From the NCBI RefSeq assembly GCF_009914755.1, contig NC_060929.1: 64,000 nucleotides of DNA. The stretch is one strand, 5' to 3'. Source of the stretch: the human T2T-CHM13v2.0 reference genome, Homo sapiens. A program made the position numbers and the translations under genes. Shown piece by piece: positions 17,503-29,861 of this stretch; within the stretch, counting starts at the first letter, position 1, and every line of letters begins with the position of its first letter. The notes below the pieces were generated by a model, which saw nothing but the letters and a program-made list of their open reading frames with translations, was not told the DNA's origin and searched no databases.

Positions 17503-18235
17503 CCACGCTAAACTAAGCTTCCTAAGCAAAGGAGAAATAGGATCCATTTAAGATAAACAAATGTTGAGGGAGTTTTTACCACCAGACCTACCTTGCAAGA
17601 GATCTTGAAAGGAGCACTAAATATAGAAAAAAAAGACTGTTACCAGCTAATACAAAAACACACTTAAATACACAGACCAGTGACACTATGAAGCAAAAAC
17701 ACAAGCAAGATAACATAATAACCAGCTGACAACACATGACAGGATCAAATCCACACATATCAATACTAACCTTGAATGTAAATGGCCTAAGTGCCCCACT
17801 TAAAAGGCACAAAGTGGCAAGCTGGATAAAAAAGCAAGACCCAATGGTATGCTGTATTCAAGAAACCTGTCTCACATGTAATGACACCTATAGACTCAAA
17901 ATAAAGGGATGGAGGAAAATTTACCAAGCAAATGGAAAACAGAAAAAAGCAGGAGATGCAATTCTAATTTCAGACAAAGCAGACTTCAAAGCAACAAAGA
18001 TCAAAAAAGACAAAGAAGGGCATTACATAATGGTAAAGGGTTAAATTCAATAAGAAGAGTTAACTATCCTAAATATGTATGCACCCAACACAGAAACACC
18101 CAGGTTCATAAGCAAGTTCTTGGTGACCTACAAAGAGACATCAACTCCCACACAATAATATAGGAGACTTCAACATTCCACTGACAGTATTAGACAGATC
18201 ATCAAGGCAGAACATTAACAAAGATATTCAGGACC

Positions 18236-20530
18236 TCATATGGTTAGGCTGTATCCCCACCCAAATCTCATCTTGAGTTTTAGCTCCTATAATCCCCATG
18301 TGTCATGGGAGACACCTGGTGGGAGGTAATTGAATCATGGAGGTAGGTTTTCCCATGCTGTTCTCATGATAGTGAATAAGTCTTCAAGATCTGATGGTTT
18401 TATAAAGGGCAGTTCCCTTGCACACACTCTCTTGCATGCCAGCATATAAGACATGCCTTTGCTCCTCCTTCACCTTCCACCATGATTGTGAGGCTTCCCC
18501 CCTCATGTGGAACTATGAGTCTATTAAACCTCTTTTCTTTATAAATTACCAAATATTGGGTATTTCTTCATAGCATTATGAAAATGGACTAATACAGTAA
18601 ATTGGTACCAGGAGTAGTGGGGTGCTGCTTTAAAGACACCCAAAAATGTGGAAGCAACTTTGGAACTAGGTAACAGGCAGAGATTGGAACAGTTTGGAGG
18701 GTTCAGAAGAAGGCAGGAAAAAGTGGGACAGTTTGGAACTTCTTAGAGACTTAGAGGGCTCAGAAGACAGGAAGATGTGGGAAAGTTTAGAACTTTCTAG
18801 AGTTCCAAACTCTAGAGTGGCTTTGAGAAAAATGCTAATAATCACATGGACAATAAAATCCAGGCTGAGGTGGTCTCAGATGGAAATGAAGAACTTCTTG
18901 GGAACTGGAGTAAAAGTCACTCTTGCTATGCAAAGAGACTAGCAGCATTTTGTCCCTGCCCTAGAGATATGTGAAACTTTGAACTTGAGAGAGATCATTT
19001 AGGGAATCTGGTGGAAGAAATTTCTAAAGTGTTCAAGAGGAAACAGCATAAAAGTTTGAAAAATTTGCAGCCTGATGATGCAGTAGAAAAGACAAACCCA
19101 TTTTCTGGGGAGAAATTCAAGCCAGCTGCAGAAATTTGCGTAAGTAGCAAGAAGACAAACTTAACCACGAAGACAATGGGGAAAATGTCTCCAAGGCATA
19201 TCCAAGACCTTGAGGCAGCCCCTCCTATCACAGGCCAGGAGGCCCAGGAGGGAAAAAATGGTCTCCTGGGCCAGGTCTAAGTTCCCCCCTGCTGCGTGCA
19301 GTGTAGGGACTTGGTGCCCTGCCTCCCAGCCACTCCAGCCATGGCTAAAAGGGGCCAAGGTACAGCATGGACCATGGCTTTAGAGAGTGCAAGCTCCAAG
19401 TCTTGGCAGCTTCCATGTGGTGTTGGGCCTGCAGGTGTACAGAAATCAAGAATTGAGGTTTGGGAGCCTCCACCTAGATTTCAGAGGATGTATGGAAAAG
19501 AGAAAGCACCTCCAGGATGTCCAGGCAGAAATTTGCTGCAGGGGCAGAGCCCTCATGGAGAACCTCTGCTAGGGCCATGCAGAAGGGAAATGTGAGGTCA
19601 GAGCCCCCACACTGAGTCCCCACTGGGGCACTGCCAAGTGGAGCTGTGAAAAGAGGGCCACTGTCCTCCAGAACCCAGGATGGTAGATACTCAGTGCCAG
19701 TCCATGAAAGCAGCCAGGACCAGGGCTCTACCCTGCAAAGTCACAAGGCTGGATCTGTCCATGGCTGTGGGAGTCTATGTCTTGCATCAGCTTGACCTGG
19801 ATATAAGATGTGGAGTCAAAGGAGATCATTTTGGAGCATTAAGATTTGACTGCCCCATTGGATTTCAGACTTGCATGAAGCCTGTAGCCACATCATTTTG
19901 GCCCATTTTTCCATTTGGATTGGGTGTATTTATTCAATGCCTGTACCCCCATTTTATCTTTTTTTTTACTCCCATTGTGAAAAAACTAACTTGCTTTTGT
20001 TTGCTTTTGGTTTTACAGGTGCATAGGTGGAAGGGACTTGCCTTGTCTCAGATGAGACTTTGGACTGTGGACTTTTGAGTTAATGCTCAAATGAGTTAAG
20101 ACTTTGGGGGACTATTGGGAAGGCATGATTTGTTTTGAAATGTGAGGACATGAGATTTGGGAGGGACCAGAAGTGGAATGATATGGTTTGGCTGTGTCCC
20201 CACCCAAATCTCATCTTAAATTGTAGCTCGCATAATCCTCATGTGTCATGGGAGGGACCCAGTGGGAGGTAATAAATCATGCAGGTGGGTTTTCCCATGC
20301 TGATCTCATGATACTGAATAAGTCTCACAAGATCTGCTGGTTTTATGAATAGCAGTTCCTCTGCACATGCTCTCTTGCCTGCTGCCATGTAAGACATGCC
20401 TTTGCTCCTCTTTAGCCTTCTGCCATGATTGTGAGGCCTCCCCAGCCATATGGAATTGTGAGTCCACTAAATCTCTTTTTCTTTTTAAATTACCCAGTTT
20501 TGGGTATTTCTTCATAACAGTATGAAAATG
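18236..20530 (+). mobile_element. Complete THE1D-like MaLR element (LTR 18236-18596, internal 18597-20178, LTR 20179-~20530) in L1 ORF2
   Basis: Two homologous LTRs starting t(c/g)atatggtt(a/t)ggctgt; internal begins gtaaattggtacc; purine tract precedes 3' LTR; 3' LTR terminus missing. Confidence 0.93.
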
Positions 20531-23500
20531 AACCCAAATTGTACCAAATGGATCTGATAGACCTCTACAAAACTCTCCACCTCATAATAACATTCTTCTC
20601 ATCACCACATGGCACACATTCTAAAATGGACTATATAATTGGACAAAAAACAATCCTCAGCAAATGCAAAAGAACTGAAATCATACCAAGCACACTCTCG
20701 GGCCACAGTGCAATAAAAATAGTAGCCAAAAACTAAGAAAATCATTCAAAACCATGCAATTAAATGGAAATTAAGCAACATGCTCCTGAATGACTTTGGG
20801 TAAATAATGAAATTAAGGCAGAAATCAATAAGTTCTTTTTAACTAAGGAGAACAAAGATACAACATACCAGAATCTCTGAGACATGGATAAGGTAGTGTT
20901 CATAGAGAAATTTGTAGGACTCAATGCCCATATCAAAAAATTAGATCTCAAATTAACAACTTAACAAAACAACTGAAAGAATTAGAGAAGTAAAAACAAA
21001 TCAACCCTAAAGCTAGTGGAAGACAAGAAATAATCAAAATTAGAACTGAACTGAATGAAATTGAGACAAAAAATCATTTAAAAAAATCAAGGAATACAGG
21101 AGTTGTTTTTTTGAAAAACTTAATAAGATAAAAAGGCCACCAGCTAGATTAATAAAGGAGAAAAGAAATAAGATCCAAATAAACACAATTAGTAATGATA
21201 AAGAGGATGTTACCACTGACCCCACAGAAATATAAATAACCATCAGAAGCTGCTATGAACACCTCTATGCACACAAACTAGAAAGCCTAAAAGAGATGGA
21301 TAAAATCCTGGGATGCATATCCCCTTCCAAGAATGAACTAGGAAGAAATTGATTCCCTGAACAGACCAATAATGAGTTCCAAAACTGAATCAGTAATAGA
21401 TATCCTACCAACCAGAAAAAAGCTCAGGATCTGATTGATTCACAGCCAAATTCTACCAGATGTACAAAGAAGCGTTGGTACCATTCCTACTGAAACTATT
21501 CCAAATATTTGAGGAGGAGGGACTCCTCTTCAACTCATTCTATGAAGCCAGCATCATCCTGATATCAAAACTTCGCAGGGACACACACCAAAAATAAAAC
21601 TTCAGGCCAATATCCTTGATTAACATTAGTGCAAAAATCCTCAACAAAATACTTGCAAACTGAATCCAGCAGCACATCAAAAAGCTAATCCCCCATGATC
21701 AAGTAGGCCTCATCACCAGGATGCAAGGTTGGTTCAACATATGCAAATCAATAAATGTGATTCATCTCATAAGCAGAACAAAAGTCAAAACCATATAATT
21801 ATTTCAATGGACACAGAAAAGACTTTTGGTAAAATTCAACACTTCTTTCATGTTAAAAACTCTGAATAAACTAGGTATTGAAGGAACATACTTCAAAATA
21901 ATAAGAGCCATATATAACAAACCCACAGCCAACATCATATTAAATGGGCAAAAACTGGAAGCATTCCCCTTGAAAACTGGCACAAGACGAGGATGCTCTC
22001 TCTCACTAATCCTATTCAACATAGTATTGAAAGTCCCAGCCAGAGCAATCAGCCAAGAAAAAGAAAGAATGGGCATCCAAATAGGAAGAGAGGAAGTCAA
22101 ATAATCTCTGTTTGCAGACAACATGATTCTGTATTTAGAAAACCACATTGTCTCAGCCCAGAAGCTCCTTAAGCTCATAAACAACTTCAGCAAAGTTTCA
22201 GGATACAAAATCAATGTGCAAAATTTACTAGCATTCCTGTAAACCAACAATAGTCAAATCGAGAGCCAAATCAGGAAGACAATCCCGCTCACAATTGCCA
22301 CAAAAAGAATAAAATACCTAGGAATACAGCTAATGAAGGACGTGAAAGATCTGTACAATGAGAACTACAAAACACTGTTCAAATAAATCAGAGAAGAAAC
22401 AAACCAATGGGAAAACATGCCACACTTATCCCATGCTCATGAATAGGAATAATCAATATCATTAAAATGGCCATACTGCCCAAAGCAATTTAAAGATTCA
22501 ATGCTATTCCTATCAAACTACCAAGGACATTCTTCATGTAACTAGAAAAATCTATTTTAAAATTCATATGGAACCAAAAAAGAGCCCAAATAGCCAAGGC
22601 AATCCTAAGCAAAAAGAACAAAGCTGACTGGAAGCATCATATTACCTGACTTCAAACTATACTACAGGGCTATAGTAACCAAAACAGCATGGTACTAATA
22701 CAAAAATATGCACATAGACTAATGGAACAGAATAGAGAGCCCAGAAATAATGCCACACATCTACAACCATCTGATCTTTGACCAAGCTGACAAAAACAGC
22801 TTGTCTGTTTTGGAGAAAAACTTCCTATTCAATAAATGGTGGTGGGGTGACTGGCTAGTCATATGCAGAAGGTTAAAGCTGCACCACTTTCTTACACTAC
22901 ATACAGAAATCAACTCCAGATGTATTAAAGACTTAAATGTAAAACCCAAAACTATAAAAACCCTGGAAAACAACCTAGTCAATACCATCCTGGACATGGG
23001 AACAGTAAATATTTCAGGACAAAAACACCAACAGCCATAGCAACAAAAGCAAAAATTGACAAGTGGGAACTAATTAAGCTGAAGAGCTTCTGCACAGCAA
23101 AAGAAACTATCAACAGGGTAAACAGACAACCTACAGAATGTGAGAACATTTTTGCACACTATGCATCCAACAATGAATTTCCAGTATCTATAAGAAACTT
23201 AAACAAATTTACCAGGGAAAAACAAACAACCTCATTAAAAAGTGGGCAAAGGACACTAACAGATACTTTTCAAAAGAAGACATTCATGCAGCCAACAAGC
23301 ATATGAAAAAAAGCTCAATATCCCTGATTATTGGAGAAATGCAAATCAAAACCACAATGAGATACCATCTCAAACCAGTCAGAATGGCCATTATTTAAAA
23401 GTCAGAATATAATAGATGCTGGTAAAGATGCAGAGAAAAGCGAATATTTACACCCTGTTGGCAGGAGTGTAAATTAGCTCAGCCATTGTGGAAAACAGAA

Positions 23501-24114
23501 TGGCAATTCCTCAAAGAGCTAAAAGCAGAACTACCATTCAACTCAGCAATCCCATTACTGTGTATATACGCAGAGGAATATAAATCATTCTGTTATAAAG
23601 ACACATGCACATGATATGTTCATTGCAGCACTATTCACAATAGCAACAACATGGAATCAACATAATGCCCATCAGTGACAGATTGGATAAAGAAAATGTA
23701 GTACTTATACACCATGGAATACTACGCAGCCACAAAAAAGAACAAGTTCCTGTCTTTTGCAGGAATATGGGTGGAGCTATCCTTAGCAAACTAATGTAGG
23801 AACAGAAAACCAAATACTGCATGTTCTCACTTATAAGTGGGAGCTAAATGATGAGAACTCATGAGCACAATGAATAAATCAAAGACACTAGGGTCTAGTT
23901 GAGGGTAGATGGTGGGAGGAGGTAGAGAAGCAGAAAAAACTATTGACTACTGGGTTTAATACATGGGTGATGGAATAATCTGTACAACAAACTCTCATGA
24001 CACAATTTTATGTAACAAACCTTCGCATATACCCACAAACCTAAACTAAAAGTTAAAAAATAAAATTGAGTTTCAGAAAAGCTGAAAGAGATATTTGAGA
24101 ACTGCATTTTATAA

Positions 24115-24397
24115 GTTGTGTTTCTCAAAACATGGGCATTCTGATGGAATGTTAGTTATTTAATAAAGAAAAAATAAGAGAGTTCCATGGGCAAATATAT
24201 TTGAGAAATATTACATCATTTACCCCAACAGAGAGATTCACAGTACTCAAAAGAATATTAAGGTTCTAGATAGTCCTACAGAGGAGAATCTTGCTAAGCT
24301 TTCTTTAAAATAGGTTTCCCAAGCTTATTTCATCAGGGATGTCTTTTTTTCACAGAACACTACTGCCATCTCAATGAATACAATTTGAAAACACTGA
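24115..24397. mobile_element. Probable decayed hAT-Charlie type MER DNA transposon
   Basis: Ends resembling cagtgtttctcaaa / tttgaaaacactg as weak inverted termini. Confidence 0.35.
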
Positions 24398-24403
24398 TCT
24401 AAA

Positions 24404-24616
24404 CATATATATATATGTGTATATATATGTATATATATGTGTATATATGTATATATGTGTATATATGTATATATGTGTATATATGTATATATGTGTGTAT
24501 ACATATGTATAGATGTGTGTATATATGTATATATGTGTATATATGTATATATGTGTATATATGTATATATGTGTATATATGTGTATATATGTGTATATAT
24601 GCACACATATAGATAT
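24404..24616. repeat. (TATATG)n-type microsatellite with ~18-bp higher-order period
   Basis: Repeated tatatgtgtatatatgta; produces spurious YIH/CIY ORFs. Confidence 0.95.
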
Positions 24617-25052
24617 GCTGTATGTTATATTCTTCAGCAGCAGTATCATGCAAATCATTGCTTTAATTAAAGTCTAATATCTCAGAAGATGTCTACACCA
24701 CTGTAAAAATCATATGAGAAACTAAAGCTAATAATAATTAGATCTAACTTAATGGTCACTTCCTTATATACTACTAAAGGAAAGGGTTAATTGTGATTTT
24801 TCCTAAATAAAAAACATGAAAAAAATTCAGTATTTGCCAAAGTAAATGTGGAGCACATGTTCCAAATTTCAGTTTCACCTCAAATATGAAGATAATAAAA
24901 ACACTTTCTAGTGACTTCCTGTGGAACTCTGAGCAAGTTCCTTACGGTCTTGTCCCCTCCCTGGAAAAACGAAAGAGCTGACTTGAATGATCTCTGAAAA
25001 CTCTGACATCAAAATCATCCCACACTGATGGTTTAATGTAGATTTTCTGAGT

Positions 25053-25090
25053 GTGTTGGTGGTATAGTGGTCAGCTTAGCTGGCTCCCAA
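25053..25090 (+). pseudogene. tRNA-Gly(TCC)-derived 5'-half retrocopy
   Basis: gtgttggtggtatagtggtcagcttagctggctcccaa versus recalled tRNA-Gly-TCC 5' half GCGTTGGTGGTATAGTGGTGAGCATAGCTGCCTTCCAA; stops just past the anticodon; no T-arm, no poly(A). Confidence 0.8.
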
Positions 25091-26398
25091 TATATATTTT
25101 CCTTTTACATAGACAATTTTCATAATAAAAAAATGTTAATTATATGTTGAATGCCTATTCGCGTTTGTACAGAAAAACAGAAACATGCCTTCAGCTGATA
25201 AGGCAATTAAAAATAATCCTTTAAGTATAGATTTCTCACCGTCCGAAAGACAACATTTAGTTTCTTATACTATCACCCTGTTTTTCAGAAGACACCATTA
25301 AATGACAAAAGATATAAGACCTATAGAAAACACAAAAGTTGAAAACATTATGAAAACCTCAGAGAGCCAAGGGAAAATCTGAAGAAGCAGAACACACCAG
25401 CGTAGTCGAGAGTAATTAACTGGATGAGAAGAATGCTTCTCATTATCCACTCAAACCAACAGCCAGTATGACAAACTCATGTTTAGGCAGATTGAGATAA
25501 CAATGATTCCTGAGTATTTATAGATTATTAGCCTGTGTCATTCGGAGTTTTCTAGAAAGAACTAGGGTTTATTATGTGTTCATTAGTTCTAGGACTACGG
25601 GGCCATGGTTAGTGCCTTTTATTTTAATGAATCTCTTGATTCACTTCTGAATATTAAAGGTAAGAAAACCTATGCAGCCTGGCTAGCTCTCACTACCACT
25701 GAAATAATCTGTGCCCTACCCGTGCCCTTTCTAAAGAGTAGCATTGCTTAAGAGTTTGAATTCTTCCACATTTGCCATATTCAGAGATTGTGGTGATAAA
25801 GAAAGCCCAGAGTTGTCAGTCTCAAAATTTTTTAAACAAAAAAATAGGATATTGACAATTATAAGGAAATATATATGTTCTAAGAATAAATAATAGCCTT
25901 TTGAAAGGAATTCACCCTATGAGAAGATTAGAGGAAAGTTACACCCACTTTTGTGGAAAGAATCATCTGACAGGTAAAAGTCCCAAAGGGAAGAGTCCAC
26001 GAATAAGCCAAGAAAGGCAGAAAAAGGCCGCAAGGTTGAGTGGAAGAACAAGCAGAAGACGTATGCCTGCCATGGAGTGCGCTTAGACAGGCCTCAGCAG
26101 CATGGCTCTGGGAAAAAGTTTTAATAGGGGTAGAAATTTCTTGGTGAGTTTAACTTAGAGATTTGAGAGTTGCAAATCATAAAGAAATTGAGATGTGATG
26201 AAACTATTAAAGGTAGAGATGTGTTAACAACCTCTTAAAGTCTAAGAAAATTATAGCCCAAGACTAATCTTCTAGCCAGTAATACCCTGAGAGCCTAATG
26301 TATAGGTTAAAATAGCCTCAGTACAAAAGAGAGAGTTAGACACTGTACACACTGTACAGAAAATAGGAGACAGATAAGCCAAATAACATTGTTTATAA

Positions 26399-26570
26399 TA
26401 GTGGCTCCTGACTTTGGCTGCCGTTTCAATCACCTGAGAGTCCTTCAAAACATACTTAAGTCCAGTCTCCAGAAATTTGGACTTTGAAACCAGATTGGGA
26501 CCCATGTATCCCTGCTTTTTAAACGCTCCCAAGTGATTCTAAGGTGCTGCCAGGGCTGAGAATTCCTGAA
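26399..26570. mobile_element. MER5-like hAT-Charlie DNA transposon
   Basis: tagtggctcctgactttggctgc...aatcacctg...ctcccaagtgattctaaggtgctgccagggctgagaattcctg. Confidence 0.7.
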
Positions 26571-27429
26571 TTATAGCAGAAGAGTCCTTAAATTAAAGGA
26601 TCATTTGCAGAGCCAGAATCTACCTCTCATTTACCTTTCTAGTCTTTGTTTGTTTTTGCCACCACTCCTCACATCAATAACCATATATTCCACTATTCTC
26701 CAAATACACACAGTTTTGCAGGCCTCTGTGCCTTCTTTTGTAATGTCTCATCTGCCTTTAACACATTTTCCCTGCTCTGCTTCTCCTTCTCCATCTGGTG
26801 AATTACACCATCTTGAAAAGTCCAGACCAGTGTCACCTTTTCAGTGACGTTGTCACAGGAGCCCATGTTCCCTGTCTCCATTATTGGATAGCATTTTATT
26901 CAGTCCAGAAGTCTAGCACTTACTAGTATATCATATTTCATAGTACAGTCTACCACACTCTTGAGACTAACTGCAACACCTACAGCTTCTGCTGAAGGCT
27001 AGTCCCTAGGCAGCCTTGTTTTGAACACATGACCCTGCCTCCTCAGCCAAGGGGTCAATTGGTTCAGGGCAAGCACTTGACTGAAGCACAATCATTCCAC
27101 AGGATAGCCAGTGACCTATGAACCAGGATTCAACTGCATGTGCATTGGGGTTTCAAAATCTGTGCTCTTTCTGCTATGTTCCACTGACAGTTTCTTATTT
27201 GTAATTGTGGGATAAATCATTAAAAATAGCACATTTATCATAGAAAATTTAGAAAATAAAAATCAGCAGAAAGAAAATTAAATTCATACTATCTATAATC
27301 CCATAAATCAAAAACAATTAAATTGCTAACTTTTTAGAATAATACATATAGTGAGTGAATAAATTGTATATGGTGGAAGAATTCTTTTTAAAGTATGTAT
27401 ATAATTAAAACTCACCAGAGAATGAAATA

Positions 27430-27704
27430 GTTTTTTTGTTTTGTTTTGTTGTGTTTTGTTTTGTTTTGTTTGAGACAGAGCATCCAGGCTGGACTGCAGT
27501 GGTGCAATCTTGGCTCACTGCAACCTTTGCCTCTGGGTTCCAGCAATTCTCCCTGCCACAGCCTCCTGAGTAGCTGGGATTACAGCCGTGCACCACCATG
27601 CCCAGCTAATTTTTTGTATTTTTAGTAGAGATGGGGTTTCACCATGTTGGCCAAGCTGGTCTTGAACTCCTGACCTCAAGTGATCTGCCCACCTCAGCCT
27701 CCCA
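27430..27704 (-). mobile_element. 5'-truncated AluS (Sx/Sz-like)
   Basis: (ttttg)n tail on left; ends at cctcccaa; perfect TSD agagaatgaaata 27417-27429 / 27705-27717. Confidence 0.93.
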
Positions 27705-27759
27705 AGAGAATGAAATATTCTTTTACAAAATAATTCAAAATACTATATAATAGTCTATA

Positions 27760-28870
27760 ATTTGAAGTTATCATAATTTGTTGTTGGGTACTTAGACTAT
27801 GTAATTTTTATAAATAATACTACAATAAACATTTTGATTAAATCTTTGCATTTATTCTTAGCTGTTTTAAAATATATATTAATATAATTTGAATTCTGAA
27901 TTAAATAATATACATATTTTTCAGGATTTTTCTACAAATTGATTAGCTTGCAAAAGGTCTGCATGCTCATATCTCTACATTTTCTCCAACATTTAATATA
28001 GTACTAACTTTTTTAAAATCATTCCCTGTTTTAAATCTTTGATAGATTGCCAATGAAGTGATATCTCATTGCTTCAATTTAAATTTCTTTATCAGTTATT
28101 TTGGGCATTTTTGTTTTTCCTTTTTGGGGGAGTGAAGGGGCATTTATATTTCTTCACTGTGAATTTTTACTTATTCATTTTGCATTTTTCTTTTTGAATC
28201 GGTCTACTTATTGATTTGTAAAGACTAATTGCACAGTAATGGTATTAATCCTTTCCTGCCATATTTGTGGAAACATTTTTTTCTTATTTTATAACTTACC
28301 CTTCTAATTTATTTAGGGTGTTTTTGATCTGCAGAAGCATTTGTTTCCTCTGTAATTGACAACTTCTGTGTTGGCTTCTGCTTTAGGGATTATGCTTAAG
28401 AAGATTTTATCTGCCCCCAAAATGAAATAAATATTCACCTTATGTTCTCATATAATTTTAAGTTCTCATTGTTAACCTTTACATTTTTTATCATCTAAAA
28501 TTTTTATATGTAATAAAAAAGGAATCTAACTCTACTTTCTCCCAAACAGTTCATAGTTTTCATAGCATAATATCAGTATTACGAAGGCCAACTTTATTTT
28601 GTATTAAACTCATATTAAAGGCATATATATCAGATGTTTCTGTATTTTCAATTATATTGCATTGATTTGCCTATATTCCTGTGTTGAACCACCCTGTGCA
28701 AATCACTGTGCTGTTGCCATATTATTAAGTATCATTTGGAATACTCTCCTTATTAATACTTTTTAAAAATATATTATTATTTGATTATCCCTGCATATAG
28801 ATTGCAATGTTCTTAAAATGCCTTTGATATTTTAATTGATATTTAATTAGATTTAGAAATTAACTTGGGG
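27760..28870 (-). mobile_element. Ancient L1M (L1ME-like) fragment
   Basis: T-rich; gtgatatctcattgcttcaatttaaatttc matches antisense ORF2 C-terminal region. Confidence 0.55.
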
Positions 28871-29261
28871 CATAGCACCCCATTTCTGTCTTCATCATTG
28901 AGAACACTGCCTGAAACTTAGCAAATACTAAATGAATGATAAATAGTTGCTTGATTGAAGCAGATCACTCTGTATTTGGTTTCAGTTTATACAGTTAGTA
29001 TGTTAGGTCTGTCCCTATAGGAGTGTAAAAAGTATATATTCATATTTACATATCTTTATCTACATTTATTTTACATCTATTTCAATAGAAATGCCGAACC
29101 AAACTGGCATGATTGAGGTTGGGGGAGTCACCTGTATAAAATTAAATAAAGTAAGTGTTTTGATGATCAGGGCATAAGCCAAATTCTTTTGTTCTTTTTA
29201 GGCTTTCCTTATAGTTAAAAAATTAAATTAATCCCACAAATTAATTTAATAATTTGGATGA

Positions 29262-29861
29262 ACTCAGGCAGAACTCTGAGATGGCCCCTCAAAATTTTTA
29301 CCCCTTGGTATGCATACACCTTCTCCCAGTTATTTGGTCAAACACGACCCTGAGTACTGCTCTGAAGAGTTTTTGCAGATGTAATTAGGTGCCAGATCAG
29401 TTGACTCTAAGAAAGAGTGATTATGCTAGATGAACCTGACTTAATCAGGTGATATCTTAAAAGGGACAGGTCTTTTTCTGGGGAGAAAAAAAAAGAGATT
29501 TAATGAGTGAAAGGGATTTGACATCAGGGAGATTCTCTATTGCTGGTTTGAAGACAGAGAAAGCCACACAGCAAGGAATATGGGGACCTCTAAGGAGCTG
29601 AGAACTGCCCCAACTGACAGCCGGCAAGGAAATGGAATGTTCAGTCCCGGAACCACAAGGAATTGAATCTTGCCACAACCACATGAGCTTGGAAGAATGC
29701 AGCCCAGCACTTTGATTTTAGTTTGTGAGACTCTGGGCAAAGAACTCTTGCATGTTGTATCTGACTTCTGACCTACGGAATTGTGAGCTAAAATACGAAA
29801 TGTTTTTTTAAACTACTAAATTTGTGCTAATTTGTTCACCAGCAAGAGCAAACTAATATAC
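29262..29861 (+). mobile_element. MLT1 (MLT1E-like) MaLR LTR
   Basis: tttgcagatgtaatt, ctattgctggtttgaaga, ctgacttctgacctac, end caaactaatata. Confidence 0.8.

Larger units (their letters stand above)
14091..24060 (+). mobile_element. Full-length decayed LINE-1 (L1PA14/L1PREC2-like), interrupted by THE1 elements
   Basis: 5' ggggggtagccaagatggc; long 5' UTR; ORF1 remnant ~16390-17620; ORF2 start MTGSNPHISILTLNVNGL at 17736; RT remnants 21826-22104; 3' UTR ending cctaaactaaaagttaaaaaa. Confidence 0.92.

Noticed and set aside
18694-20078. Several ORFs in THE1 internal region
   Set aside because: Fragmented remnants of the MaLR internal sequence, no intact frame.
24325-24670. Overlapping Tyr/Ile/His/Cys-rich ORFs; CRISPR-like periodicity
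   Set aside because: Translation of a (TATATG)n microsatellite; no unique spacers.
25053-25090. Functional tRNA gene
   Set aside because: No T-arm/B box or 3' acceptor strand.
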